A stretch of 63,851 bases of DNA, filler included, from Dicyema japonicum (taxonomy: Eukaryota > Animalia > Dicyemida), in the NCBI GenBank assembly GCA_011109175.1. It is 8 parts of 8 records of this genome, joined end to end, with 100 filler letters (N's around TTAATTAATTAA, not from the genome) between each part and the next. Parts side by side here need not be neighbours in the genome. Positions count along the whole stretch, not along the records: positions 1 to 11,756 come from RDEW01000088.1; positions 11,857 to 17,272 come from RDEW01000132.1; positions 17,373 to 26,329 come from RDEW01000120.1; 5 more parts are not named here. One strand, given 5' to 3'. Numbering within the stretch: the stretch's first letter is position 1; the number at the start of each line of letters is the position of its first letter. The notes under the pieces are model-generated. The model saw only the letters and a list, made by a program, of their open reading frames with translations, had not been told where the DNA came from and ran no database searches. The position numbers and the translations under genes are program-made. This document shows positions 11,683 through 23,540 of the stretch, piece by piece.

Positions 11683-11756
11683 GGTTTACCTTTATTCTAA
11701 ATAGATAGTATATTTCGATCCAGCGAATAAAAATGCCACCTAAATCATTGGAAGAG

Positions 11757-11856
11757 NNNNNNNNNNNNNNNNNNNNNNNNNNNNNNNNNNNNNNNNNNNN
11801 TTAATTAATTAANNNNNNNNNNNNNNNNNNNNNNNNNNNNNNNNNNNNNNNNNNNN
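11757..11856. other. Artificial contig linker N44-TTAATTAATTAA-N44 (also 17273-17372, 26330-26429, 46854-46953, 49467-49566, 53976-54075, 60535-60634)
   Basis: Identical 100-nt spacer with stop codons in all six frames, 7 occurrences. Confidence 0.97.
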
Positions 11857-12469
11857 GGAAATAACCAGAGTGTAGACAGAGGTGAGTTAACGAAAAGCGA
11901 ACAGCGTATCAAATTCAAGTAGTTTATGAGATACGTTTTGAGAGTTGTAGAATCTTAATGCTTTAACAACTAGCTCGTCCGAAAACCAAAGAGGAAAAAG
12001 CAATAACTAAGATTAATATATGGTTGCTCATCAACAGGATTGATGGAAAGTATGAACCAGCAGCGTAACTATCCTGTTGAGCTATCGGTATTCCTTTCTT
12101 CCTCCTAATTGTTTGAATATACAACAAGTGTTTATCCTCGAAGATGAATGATTCCTTGTGTGAGTGTCACATGGGGTATATGGTAATTCAGAATGGCCAA
12201 ATACACAGTCCAGATAGTCCCATAACGAAAGCGCATCTTTTGCAAGTCAAATGATCACTTTAAAATAGCTAATAGTATTACTTTTGAAGCAGCCACCAAG
12301 ACGTAATGTTTTTTTAGAATTGAAAATTGAAAAATTACCAATTTGATAAAATGAAAAATCTTAATTTTTATGTTAATCAATTACTCAACAAAATTCTAAA
12401 TTTCATATTAAATAATTATTAAATAATCTGAAATAATTATTTTAAATATTAAACTTTTATTTAGGAAAG

Positions 12470-12960
12470 AAAAGAGAGTAAACGGTTATATAGCGGCTGC
12501 CTGACTGCGTGGCTATTCACTCTCAGGATAGCGAGCAAGATTCGATCAAATAACAAGCAGCGCTCACGAGGGTCTCACGTTCGTGTGGTGATCCAATTCC
12601 CTAGACGACTTAAGAATTCCAGCGTCGCAGGCGCAAGGGAACCAGACGTCTCAACGGCCAGTGGGACAAACAAAAAATCCTTGGGTACGACCGCATACTT
12701 TCCCGTTTAATCTTCTCGGCCTTCTTAGCGGCAGAACAGGCTCCAGAGGCAGGCTGGAGTAGGTTGCAAGAGGCAAATGTGTCGGTGCAGGAAACGTCCC
12801 AGACAAGAAGTTTCCCGACTTCAAAAGGAAGATTGTTATCCCATCTGCCTGCAAAGACAGATAGGTCGCCTAACGACTTCGTTCAAGGTTTGGAAATCTG
12901 TCTGCAGATAGAGGGTGTAGGCCAAAACAGTCGATCTTGTCTCCGCATCGGCACGGATGT
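12470..12960 (-). mobile_element. CRE-like retrotransposon 3' fragment
   Basis: HPCRCG, HPLSA, DGITIFLLKSG.LVWD, ILLAILRVNS. Confidence 0.75.
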
Positions 12961-13444
12961 GAAACAAAATTTTTAAAAATATTAAAAATTTGTTATTTTA
13001 TCTCTCCGATATCATCAAATTTATTATTATTTCAATGAACCAGATCATGATGTTATCTAAATCTAAAAATTGAATAATTTATTTAACATGTAGCCGAAAT
13101 AAATAAAAAATACTTGACTTTCGAATAGAACTTGATTTGCCTTCTTGAATTTTTTTTCTAAAAAGATTTTTTTAAAATCAATTGTTTTCAATAAAAAATA
13201 AATAAAATGTTTTCCAAAGTTAAATTTCCCATTTCCATATAATTCAGTCATCTTTGAGAGTTCTTAGAAGAATAAATAAAAAATCACACATTAACACACA
13301 TTTCCTGTAAAAGATTCACTGAAACTAGTCACCCCGCTAGCAAACCGAATAAAATAACAGTAAATACCAAATCAGATGTAAAAAAACAATAAAGCAAAGT
13401 TAAAACCTTAATCTATATATTTATTTCCATTAACAACCTTAATT

Positions 13445-13800
13445 ATTATTATTATAACCCGAGGCTTACCATTGTATGACCAGCACAAACAGTCATAACT
13501 AATCCAAGGAAGGAATCAAAGGAGAACATCTGCTTGTGCCGACCATATCCATCTTCCAATACTTCATTACAGGCTTCCGCTACCGAAGAGAGGTAGAGAA
13601 GTAGGTCCGCCCTCTTCCATTTTTGTCCCACGTCCTACCGTCACGGATATCACTTCATTCTTTAGCGAAGTAGTTTTCATAATGCAATCTTCATCAAAGA
13701 GTTTGGTCAGGGAGAATGGTAGGAAGATCCCTGTTAACAACTGTGTCGTGCCAGAAGGACTCGTCGCCTCACGGGTGGGATCTGTTTGACAAAAATCGAC
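13445..13800 (-). mobile_element. 5'-truncated LINE 3' end (family also at 39300-39612 and 48420-48630), probably Ingi-like
   Basis: Clear nucleotide similarity among the three copies; ends CGGGTTATAATAATAAT. Confidence 0.7.
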
Positions 13801-15399
13801 CTTCGCTGAAAAACTTAATAAACGTGTTTGTAGATTTCTTTTAATACTAATCAGAGAATCAGTGCATTTTTGGAGACAACTTGACTATTCTGTCAATACA
13901 CTAGAAAAATCCGAGAAATTAAGAATTGACAAAATAATTCTTAAAATTTCCAATTTTCCTCGTTTTGAATAAGATCACATCATTATGGACAATATTCCAA
14001 GTCTACAAATTAATAAATAAGGCGAACCCACAACCGCAGAGATTGAAAAGCATAATTTCTAAAAGTCGATCATCTAAAAATAAATCAACAAAAACCTCAA
14101 TCTTTTCAGAATATCGATTATTTCTTCTGTATTTTTCAGCTTTAACGATTTTAGTCATTTTCATGTCATACCCTACACTTTGCTCAAAATTCTTAGATAA
14201 AAAAGCAGTTTACCTCACCGGGAACCAAATTTTCTTGATCTACATGGAAATCATAATTTGACGCAAATTCTGTATCTTTTAAAGAAGCTCCCCCTGAACT
14301 AGAATCACGATCACTGTTATCCGCTAATGTAGAATGATTGTCAGTGCCGACAAAATAAATTCAGCCGAATAAGAACTCATCATACTGTGAGGTCACACAT
14401 ATTATGTTTTTATAGATCTCCAAAGAGCTGCCGAATTACACAGTGGAAATATTAATAAATGTCAAAAAACATAAACTACTAAAAATACTAATAAAAAGTA
14501 CATAACATATCCTCTTGTATTCCGTTTCAGTGAAGTCGCCAAGAACATCAATAACTTCTTTTGCCAACCACAAAAAAAATTAAAAGACACATCATGCATA
14601 ACTCGTTTTGTGTAAATTTTTCAGATCTCGGTGACGTTGCATCTGGATCATACGATAGGAACTGATCCGAAGCATCCCATGCCTCAAGCCATTTCTAATT
14701 ACCAATCATGGATTACCAGAATAACTAGCGAATAGCGGCGTTAAATCCAAAAATAATATTCGTAATAATTTTGTAATATCGAATTATTCGTTTATTCTCA
14801 TTCATTTTCTTAAAGTTCAACAATAAAAAAGATAATTTCTCAGCATTTGGTTGGTAAAATCGATGGACTTATCTAAAAAATAATTTTGTTTTACGTTTTC
14901 TAGTCGTCCACTAACTTTCAGCCCAAAGAATAACAATTTCGCAGTATTCATGGTTGAATATCTTAATTCGTTTGATGAGCAGTTAAGAGACAATCATTCT
15001 CTACTTCTATGATGGTTCCATCTTTAATGTCTTTTAGTCTCAAAATCTTAACATAATTATCAAAATAACATTTATTAAAGCTACAGACTTTGTCGAGCAA
15101 TTCTTTGGGAAATTAGTCCTTTAATGAGATGTCGAATAACAAATTATGGATGTAAAGAAGTCATTTACTGCTAATGAGTAATTATTAGCATGTTTTCAAC
15201 AAAAGTGAAACTTTTATGTTTTGTAATTCAGTAATAAGATCTTGATTTTCTGATAAATCCTGAAAATACTGCAAAGTCTTCTTCAACCACTTGACCTAAA
15301 CAAAATACTGGCGCCCAATTTAAAAAAATTTAAAAAATTTATTTATAAATTATTTTTACTAAAATTAAATAAACAAAATAGGTAAGAGTTATTAAAATT

Positions 15400-15981
15400 A
15401 AAATTTATTTATAAGCAAAAAAATGGACAAAACATTAGTTAGCTGACGCCCTCATTGCGTGGCTGTTTTCTCCAGAATTGCGAGCGAAATTCGCTTAAAC
15501 AGCCAGCGGCGTTCGCGGAGATCTCCAGTGCATGAGGTGATCCGGTTTCCAAGACGTCCGAAAAACTCTAGTGTAGAGGGGGAGTAGATCCATAAGTCTA
15601 TATAGCATGGGAACAAATTGAACATTATCGGGAAGGTCTCCGTATTTTTCAAGTTTGGCCTTCTCCGCCTTGACGGCTGCAGAGCAGGCCCTTGAAGCGC
15701 ACTCGTGAAGATTGTTCGCGGCGAACGTGTTTGTACATGTCACGCCCCAAACAAGTGGTTTCCCGGCCTCGAAGGGAAATATGGTCATCCCGTCCAGTAG
15801 TTTCCCGTCACTTCTGCATATCCCGACCGGTTCAAGAATGGCCGAGTATCCAGCATACAGGGCGAAATAGGGAGCAGTCCTCATGACATATGCAAGCGTC
15901 TGTACGTTGAGACTGTTTTTCAGGAGAAATAATGCTGTTGGCATATCTAGTAGACACAAAGCGGTTCAGAGTCTCTCCGAA
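15400..15981 (-). mobile_element. Internally deleted CRE-like element 3' end
   Basis: MRTAPYFAL is joined directly to YAGYSAILEPVG; RLE motif DGMTIFPFEAGKPLVW; RISLAIL. Confidence 0.8.
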
Positions 15982-15982
15982 N

Positions 15983-17272
15983 ATGTCACATCCCAAACCA
16001 GTGGTTTCCCGGCCTCAAATGGAAATATGGTCATCCCGTCCGGTCGTTTCCCGTCACTTCTGCATAACCCGACCGGTTCAAGAATGGCCGAGTATCCAGC
16101 AGCATCCATAGCTCGCCTGACAATTTCATTCAGAGCCTTGTGCCTTGGGGATCTGCCAGCGCTCCTCCTGCAGGCGAGAGGGTGCAGGCCATAGCAGTCT
16201 ATCAGGATGCCACATCGGCACGGGTGAGGTACACATACTTTTAGTCCCAGCCGCAGAGAGATACCAGTTCTAACGCATTCATCATCCAGAAAAGTGCCCA
16301 AAGCTCCATTGGGGATGGCGTTTAGCCAAGCTCCGCTCTCAGGGGAAGCCCCCGAAAGCAAACAAGCGCGTCGGTGCTGATTGGCAGATTCCAGTAGGAG
16401 TCCAAATGATTTCCAGCATAATAAGTTGTCCAGGTTTCGCTGGCGATCTTGGGAAGGAGGCAGGGGGAGGTTGGTGGCATTCCAGGCTTCTCGTGCGTGG
16501 ATTATCTCTTGGTCAGTTGAGAATTCGGGTGGGGAGTGTAGAATCCTCCTGACCAAAGGTTCGCAGGCCGTGAGTGATGATAAATGAGCGGGAAGTGAGA
16601 CGTCCAAAGTTCGACGGATTCCAAGACCCCCGAATCTAACTGGGAGTGTAGCCTGCATCCATGTATCATCGTCGAATCGGACATTAAATATTTGCTCCGT
16701 CGAGCTGAGGAGAGACAAATCAAAATTCTCGAGCAGCTCCAGTTGAGAATAATATGGAGCTGTCCTTAGTAGATAGGAGATTCTCTGGATGTTGAGACTT
16801 CTTTTCAATAGGAATAGTGCTGTGTGCAAGTCCAGCAGCTGTAATCTTTCCAGCGAATCGCATAGGAGTCGTTTTTTGTCAAGGAGGACATGCTTCATCG
16901 CATTACTAGTGATCGGGGATCCAAGAAAAATCAATTCATTTTCAGGGGTCGAAATCCCACCGGGAAACAAGGAGTAAAATTTTTGAACAATTGAAGAGAA
17001 GTCATCGTCAGCAAGACCACAGTTTGTTATTTCACATTTCGTTATATTCAACTGAAGACCCACCTCGGACAGCGCGGGGATGAGTACTTCTAAGTCCTGG
17101 AAGACCGTTTCCGGGGGACCTCCTAAGACAGCGTCATCGAGGTACCAGATGTTGAGTGGGCATCTAGAGAGCTTCGTGATCCTCTCAATGCCGAGGGAGA
17201 ACAGCAGTGGTCCGAGGGGGTCGCCCTGTTGAACACCTGAGGACGATGGAACTATGAAATCCCCGTGCAATA
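15983..17272 (-). mobile_element. CRE-clade non-LTR retrotransposon, RT-ZnF-RLE, 5' part lost at gap
   Basis: 434-aa ORF with GVQQGDPLGP, WYLDD, QATLPVRFGGLG, CRCG...HPLAC...RH and RPDGMTIFPF. Confidence 0.9.
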
Positions 17273-17372
17273 NNNNNNNNNNNNNNNNNNNNNNNNNNNN
17301 NNNNNNNNNNNNNNNNTTAATTAATTAANNNNNNNNNNNNNNNNNNNNNNNNNNNNNNNNNNNNNNNNNNNN

Positions 17373-18093
17373 TGCGTATTAGGTTTTCCAGGTTTTGGGA
17401 TCACTCGGACGATTGTTCGTTTTCAATCTGCTGGGATATGACCAATGTCCCAACTGGCATTGAATAGTTTTACCAGGATACGAAGCAGGCATCCGGGTGC
17501 CTTCTTGAACATCTCCATAGGGATGAAGTCAAATCCAGGTGCATTGTTCTTACAACCTCTGATTGCTTCGATCGTCTCTTCCATGGTTATTTCCCTGCAC
17601 AAGGGTCCATCCAATACATATTTTGAGCGGGAATTTCGAGTCGACTCCTCGAATACTTCCCGAGGCAAGATTGACGAGGGGTCCACCTCCTGAATCCCTG
17701 CTAGCTGCTGGCGGAAGACCTCCGGGACTTCCTCAGTAGGAACAAAGGCTCCATCCACCGATGTAAGTATGATTTCTTCTCCCTTCGCCTCCGTCCCGCT
17801 CATTATTTTGTATAGTTTCCAGAATATAGGATTTTTCTTGTTCAGTTTTAAACATTCTCTCTTCCATGCCGCATCTGTGTTAGCTTTAGTCAGCTCATCG
17901 ATCTGACTCTTCAGGGTGCTGATTCTGGTATTTAGACTTCGGGAGTCCTCAGATTCGGAGCACCTCCTTCTTTTGCATTCTAGTCGCCCCTTGTCTCTGA
18001 CTAGCTCAGATAATCTAGTTTCGGTCCTCTTCACGCGAGATCTCTGGGATTTCATATGTTTCTTAGATGCGAATCTGTCCAGAAAGGCCACCA
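17373..18093 (-). mobile_element. Jockey/I-group-like LINE RT fragment with no endonuclease, directly after an RTE tail
   Basis: FWKLYK, ITMEETIEAI..CKNNAPGFDFIP, LFNASW..G.IP...TIVRVIPKPGK. Confidence 0.8.
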
Positions 18094-18717
18094 TATTATT
18101 ATTAAAACACATTCCGTGGGACATAATCAAAGTTATAATCCCACACGTGTTACAAGCGAGGCGATTTTCTGAACCATCCTAGTCCAGCCCCCTCTGTTGT
18201 GGGCGAGAGCCCGTAGGGAATCCAGGTCGTCTTCGTTTTGTAATTTTTTACCAACGGAGGTGAGATCCTTTCCCAAAACTCCCGGGAGGGTAGATCTCGG
18301 TCGTCCACGATATTTTTTCGCCATACTCCATGAAGTATTCCTGCATTGCGAGATTTGCGGGAGTAGCAAGATGTGCCCGAATAATTTCCAGCGGCCTGCC
18401 ACAATTTCTGCAGATAGCGGTTAGCGTTGTAATGTTTGTAGAGTGACTGATTATTGATTTTGGATGGCCAGTCAAGTCCGTGTAGAAGGCGCAGCTGCTT
18501 GCGGTGGAAGGAGTCTATAGTTTTCAGTTCGGTATCCGAGATTCCCCATGTCGAAGAATTATAAAGTAGAACAGGTTTCACAAAGGCGTTGTAAAGCCTT
18601 GACCTGAGTTGGCGATTAACAGGCCCGCGTTTGGAGCCATGTTTTGCGTATTCTGCTCAGTGCCGCGGTAGCCAGCAACTTTCTGCGGGTAATGTCTTCA
18701 CTGTCTCCGAGCAGGGA
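18094..18717 (-). mobile_element. RTE-clade LINE 3' fragment with (TAA)n tail
   Basis: KPVLLYNSSTWG, DSFHRKQLR, RWKLFGH, RGRPR; nearly identical to 21090-21717. Confidence 0.85.
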
Positions 18718-19199
18718 ATTTCTTTAGACGATAATTATTCTCACAATTAAATAAAGGGTTCTTTCTTTCATTATTATTTATTATTCATCCAAAACCACCG
18801 AGTCGAAAGCCTTGTGAATGTCCACCGAGCACATACCGTCTTTTTGCTGCAGGGTTTAACCGTTAGTCCTTTCATGCACAGTAATAATCATTAGAATTCT
18901 AAATTAAATAAGGCTATAAGAAAATTTTCATTACTCTTATTTTTATCATTATTGTTGTATCATAGTTAGATATCTTTATGAACGTCGTCGAATCGGCGGG
19001 GTGGCAATAACGGAAATAATTTCCAAACAGATGAAGGAATGCTGTGCTTACTCCAAGACCGCGAAAATGAAAATAAATGTAATCACTGTAATTCGGCAAA
19101 AAAGACAGTTGACCACCTCGCCACGAAATGTGAAAAAATTCTCAACAGCTCCTCCTTCAAAAGACATAATCAAGTCTTGAGACGTTTGCGTTTGCACTT

Positions 19200-19607
19200 A
19201 TGAGTAATATTTAGAATCAAGTAGACCAATAGACTCATAATTAATTTAGTTCAATATGTCGTGGCTAATGAATTTTTCGAAATAAGACTAGATAAAACGA
19301 TCAGAACCGTTGAAATAACTAAAAACGTTTAATCAATCTTCTGAAACATCGGCAATACATATAATCTCTTAGATTTTTTAACGTGTGTGTTCTCTGATGT
19401 GTCACTTTCTTAAAAATCTGAAACAAAAAATAATAAAATTTATATTTTGTCTCAATATCCTCCAAATATGTCTTGAATTGTCTTCTGATTAAATTAACCA
19501 CTTGAATGACATGATTTATTACATGATTAAAAACTAACACCAATTTTCGTAAACTTTCTTGCAGGCCGGATAAATACCACCACGGGGCGAAGTTTGACCA
19601 TCCCCTG
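19200..19607 (-). mobile_element. hAT (Charlie/GTF2IRD2-like) remnant with 5' TIR
   Basis: CAGGGGATGGTCAAACT terminus at 19607; VIQVVNLIRRQFKTYLEDI; the TIR region is duplicated at ~19823-19970. Confidence 0.6.
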
Positions 19608-19985
19608 TAATAGATCAAATAAATTTATAAAATTAATATGTTCTAATTCTTTTAATGCTTAACATTCTTATCTGCATAGTCTTATTCCATTTATTCGAAG
19701 AAAATATATTTGCAATACTTCTTATATTCGTTGTCGCTGGTAACAATTTTGAAGGCTTATTAAATTTTTTATGCTTACTAATACTGACAAATTTTCATTA
19801 AAGGACGTATAAAATACCATTGTGGGGCGTAGTTTGGCCACCTCCTCCTTATAAAATAAATTTGTTTTATTTATTTTAGATTTAATTACATTAATTAATT
19901 TATTTTAAATGAAAATAATATGTTCTAATTTTTTTAATGCTTAACATCTTGATCTGCATAGGCTTATTAACATTTTTCATCGCCA

Positions 19986-20700
19986 TGAAGGATTGTGTTG
20001 TCACTAAATGTGATCCTAATTAATTTTAATATATTTCAGCTCGAGTGTTTCTATAATGAAACTTAAACACGATTCTTTGGAAAAAATCGAAATTTCTGAA
20101 CGTGTCATATTCACAGAAAATCCACGATTTACGAATTTGATTTCTCTAGAAAAATTGTAACTTTTTGAAATGATATATAGTGCATGCATTGGTGACTCTA
20201 TCCACAAACTAGTTGAAGGTTCGTTTAGAGGACTCAAATCATTATCGGCAATGTATATTTTTTATTTCTATTCTATTGATATCTTGCTGACTGTAGTATG
20301 CTTCATTACATCGATATCAATACTTTTTCTGATGTTCCACTTAGCTTCATGTTTAACCAAAATAATTAATTCAATTTTTAGGGATATGCCGAGAGGATCG
20401 GTTTTTATTCCGTTCAATTTTAACGAGTAAGAGCTTGTGTAAGATAAAAATTTTTAAGAGATTATTTACAAATGGCTCTTTTAGATGGTCAACATCTTTG
20501 TCTCGGCGAAAATACTGCTCAGCCACTTAGGTTTGTTTTAATTTATTATTTCGTTTTAGATTCCAGCCTTCAGACGTGACACTGTTAATTTTATAAAAAA
20601 TAATGTTATGCTGCTGGGCGGAACATTACAGATTCTAGAATCTTATAGTAAAAACTGTTTATTTAATAATAGTTTGCAACAATTGCCTACCAACGCTAAC
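19986..20700 (+). pseudogene. Leucine-rich-repeat protein gene fragment with short introns
   Basis: IHKLVEGSFRGLKSLSA and LHYIDINTFSDVPL LRR-like exons separated by GT..AG introns (e.g. 20012-20039); full frame not recoverable. Confidence 0.45.
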
Positions 20701-20844
20701 TAATAACATACTTTGTCCATCTCATCTAAAATTAAAATTGATCTTTAAGTTCGACGGAATATTATTTAATTAACATCTTTCCTGAAAAAAATGTAATTTA
20801 ACCCAGTTCAGATTTTTCATTTTATGAGTTTTAATTAATGTCAT

Positions 20845-21725
20845 CTACCTGGAAGCCGCCTTGAGAGATCTGAGAACTTTCTACAATGGTTCCATCACCG
20901 AAATTGTCTATGCTGACGATGTTGACTTGGCTTCGGATAACAAAGATGCCCTAATCGAATTTCTAAACAATTTTCCGAGGATACTTAATAAATGGTTACT
21001 CATAATCAACACTTCTAAAACCGAATTCACTGAGATAAAATGCATGGACACCAGAGTTGTGAAACTTTAGGAATGTCAGGAAACTTGGTTCCCTGCTTGG
21101 AGACAGCGAAGACATTACCCGCAGAAAGTTGCTGGCTACCGCGGCATTGAGCAGAATACGCAAAACATGGCTCTAAGCGCGGCCTGTAAATCGCCAACTC
21201 AGGTCAAGGCTTTTACAACGCCTTCGTGAAACCTGTTCTACTTTATAATTCTTCGACATGGGGAATCTCGGATACTGAACTGAAGACTATAGACTCCTTT
21301 CACCGCAAGCAGCTGCGCCTTCTACACGGACTTCACTGGCCATCCAAAATCAATAATCAGTCACTCTACAAACACTATAACGCTACACCGCTGACTGCAG
21401 AAATTGTGGCAGGCCGCTGGAAATTATTCGGGCACATCTTGAGACTGAGCCAGGCCACTCCCGCAAATCTCGCAATGCAGGAATACTTCATGGAGTATGG
21501 CGAAAAATATCGTGGACGACCGAGATCTATCCTCCGGCAGTTTTGGGAAGGGATCTCAGCTCGGTTGGTAAGAATTACAAAACGAAGACGACCTGGATTC
21601 CCTACGGTTCTCGCCCACAACAGAGGGGGCTGGACTAGGATGGTTCAGAAGATCGCCTCGCTTGTAACACGTGTGGGATTATAACTTTGATTATGTTCCC
21701 ACGGAATGTGTTTTAATATAATAAT
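20845..21725 (+). mobile_element. RTE-clade LINE 3' part
   Basis: YADD, INTSKTE, KLGSLLG, KPVLLYNSSTWG, RWKLFGHILRL; 3' UTR CCCACGG followed by an AT/TAA tail. Confidence 0.88.
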
Positions 21726-21734
21726 TTAATTAAT

Positions 21735-23540
21735 CGGTAGTAATTAGCAGGCCAAGCACAAAGACTTTCAGTTATTAGCATTTTTAATCGTCCAAACCAC
21801 CGAAAGGAATCAAAAAAAGCCCTTGACGAATCTCTGGGAAAGCTTATAAAATTGAAGGGGAACCTTGAAAAGAAGTTAAGACGATGTAGTGACCCCTTGG
21901 ACTGTACTCGTCTTCGGGAGAAAGTTCTTATCATGGAAACAGAGATAAATGATCTCGCAAGAAAACATTCAAACTCCGTTTGGAGGAATCAGTGCTCGAA
22001 ACTGAATAAGAAAAACCCCCAATTTTGGAAGATTTTCAATCGACTCAGTCATGTAGCGAGCAAAGGAGAAGAGATTCGGCTAAAATCGGCTGATGGACTG
22101 GCTATCTCACTTGAAGAGATTCCCTCATATCTGCGTGAACAATTGGCAAAAACTCAAGAGGTGGACCCGATTGATACGGTTCCTAAAGAATTTGTACGTT
22201 AAGCACTAAGAAGTCCCCCAGTAAACTTGAGTCGTACGGGACCTTTGTGCCATGTCATAACGTTAGAAGAAACATATACTGCCATTATGGGCTGCAAAAA
22301 TAACGCACCTGGCTATGACTACATTCCGATTACTGTCTTCAAACATGCCCCGGAAATTCTCCTACGATACCTGGCGGCTCTATACAATGCAACTGGCAAA
22401 AGCAAGGACCGTGTAGAGAATTATCGGCCAATAAGTCTAATATGCTCAATCTCAAAAATTATGGAACGGATTGTCTTCATCAGGCTTTCAAACTTCGTAG
22501 AGGAGTCAGGTGCACTTGCAGCGGAGCAGTGGGGCTTTCGACGCATAAGATCTTGTGGAAATTGCTTCGGAGAGCTCGAGAAAGTCATCTCGCACAGTCT
22601 TGCGGAAAAAATATGCAGCATTGCTATCTGTCTTGACGTCTCAAAGTCATTTGACAGCGTATGGCACCTGGGACTCTTGGAAAGTGTCGCCAAAATCAAA
22701 CCCGGGTGTCGGACGATCAGGTAGCTGGAGAGCTATCTATCCACGAGACGGTCGTACATAAGATGTGGGAGCCGAATGTCGGAACCTGTGGAACTCAGGA
22801 GAGGAGTACTTCAAGGCTCGGTCTTGAGCCCTCTTCTATTCAATATCTACATCGCCAACATCCCAAAGCCAGTGGATCCCAGTAGTCGTCTTATGATCTA
22901 CGCGGACGACATTCTAATAACGGACGCTTCGTGGAGGAAGTTGAAAGGATACGTGTCAAGAGTGGTGCATATCAAAAGGACTGACACTCGCAAAAGAAAA
23001 GTGCACCGCCACTTGGATTGCGAAACAGGGAGCAAAACGAAAACCGCCGAGAAACCTCCATGGGTTTACAGTAATTGAGAACCTAAAATACCTCGGGGTT
23101 GAAGTTGGAGCCAAGGGTTCTTACTTCAGATACATCGATTCGAGGAGGACGAAATGCGCTCAAATCCTCAGGAGCATAATTCACTTCCACCTTAGTCCGG
23201 AAACGTTTTTATTTGTTTATAAAACGTGCGTCGAACCAGTGCTTACCTACGGGTTCGAGGGTTGGTACCCTACTGCTGAGAGGAATGGCATTATCGCTAA
23301 GCTCGAAAAGACGAGACGATATGCCATCAAATTAGCAAATGGGCTCCAGCTGGACCAACCCATCCCTCAGGAGATGGAAGACGCGACGGAAAAGATTGGA
23401 AGTGTTCTTGAGAGAGTATTTGCCTCTCGAATCTGGAATTAAACAAAAAAAAGAGGGAACAACGCAGAAGAGGCATACTTTGTCTCATTAATTTTCTCTC
23501 TCTTTTTCGGCTTTTCCTTGTAAATAAATAATAATTCATT
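21735..23540 (+). mobile_element. Jockey/I-group-like LINE, RT only (no endonuclease, no RNase H), frameshifted
   Basis: APGYDYIP, NYRPISL, QWGFR, LDVSKSFDSVWH, GVLQGSVLSPLLFNIY, YADD, KYLGV, PVLTYG; ends TAAATAAATAATAAT. Confidence 0.85.

Noticed and set aside
11801-11812. Repeated TTAATTAATTAA palindrome between N runs
   Set aside because: Artificial six-frame-stop linker; ORFs that run into it (49255, 51604, 60587) are truncated artefactually
13800-15300. Possible minus-strand multi-exon gene
   Set aside because: Coding-like patches with many stops and no recognisable family; no model could be built
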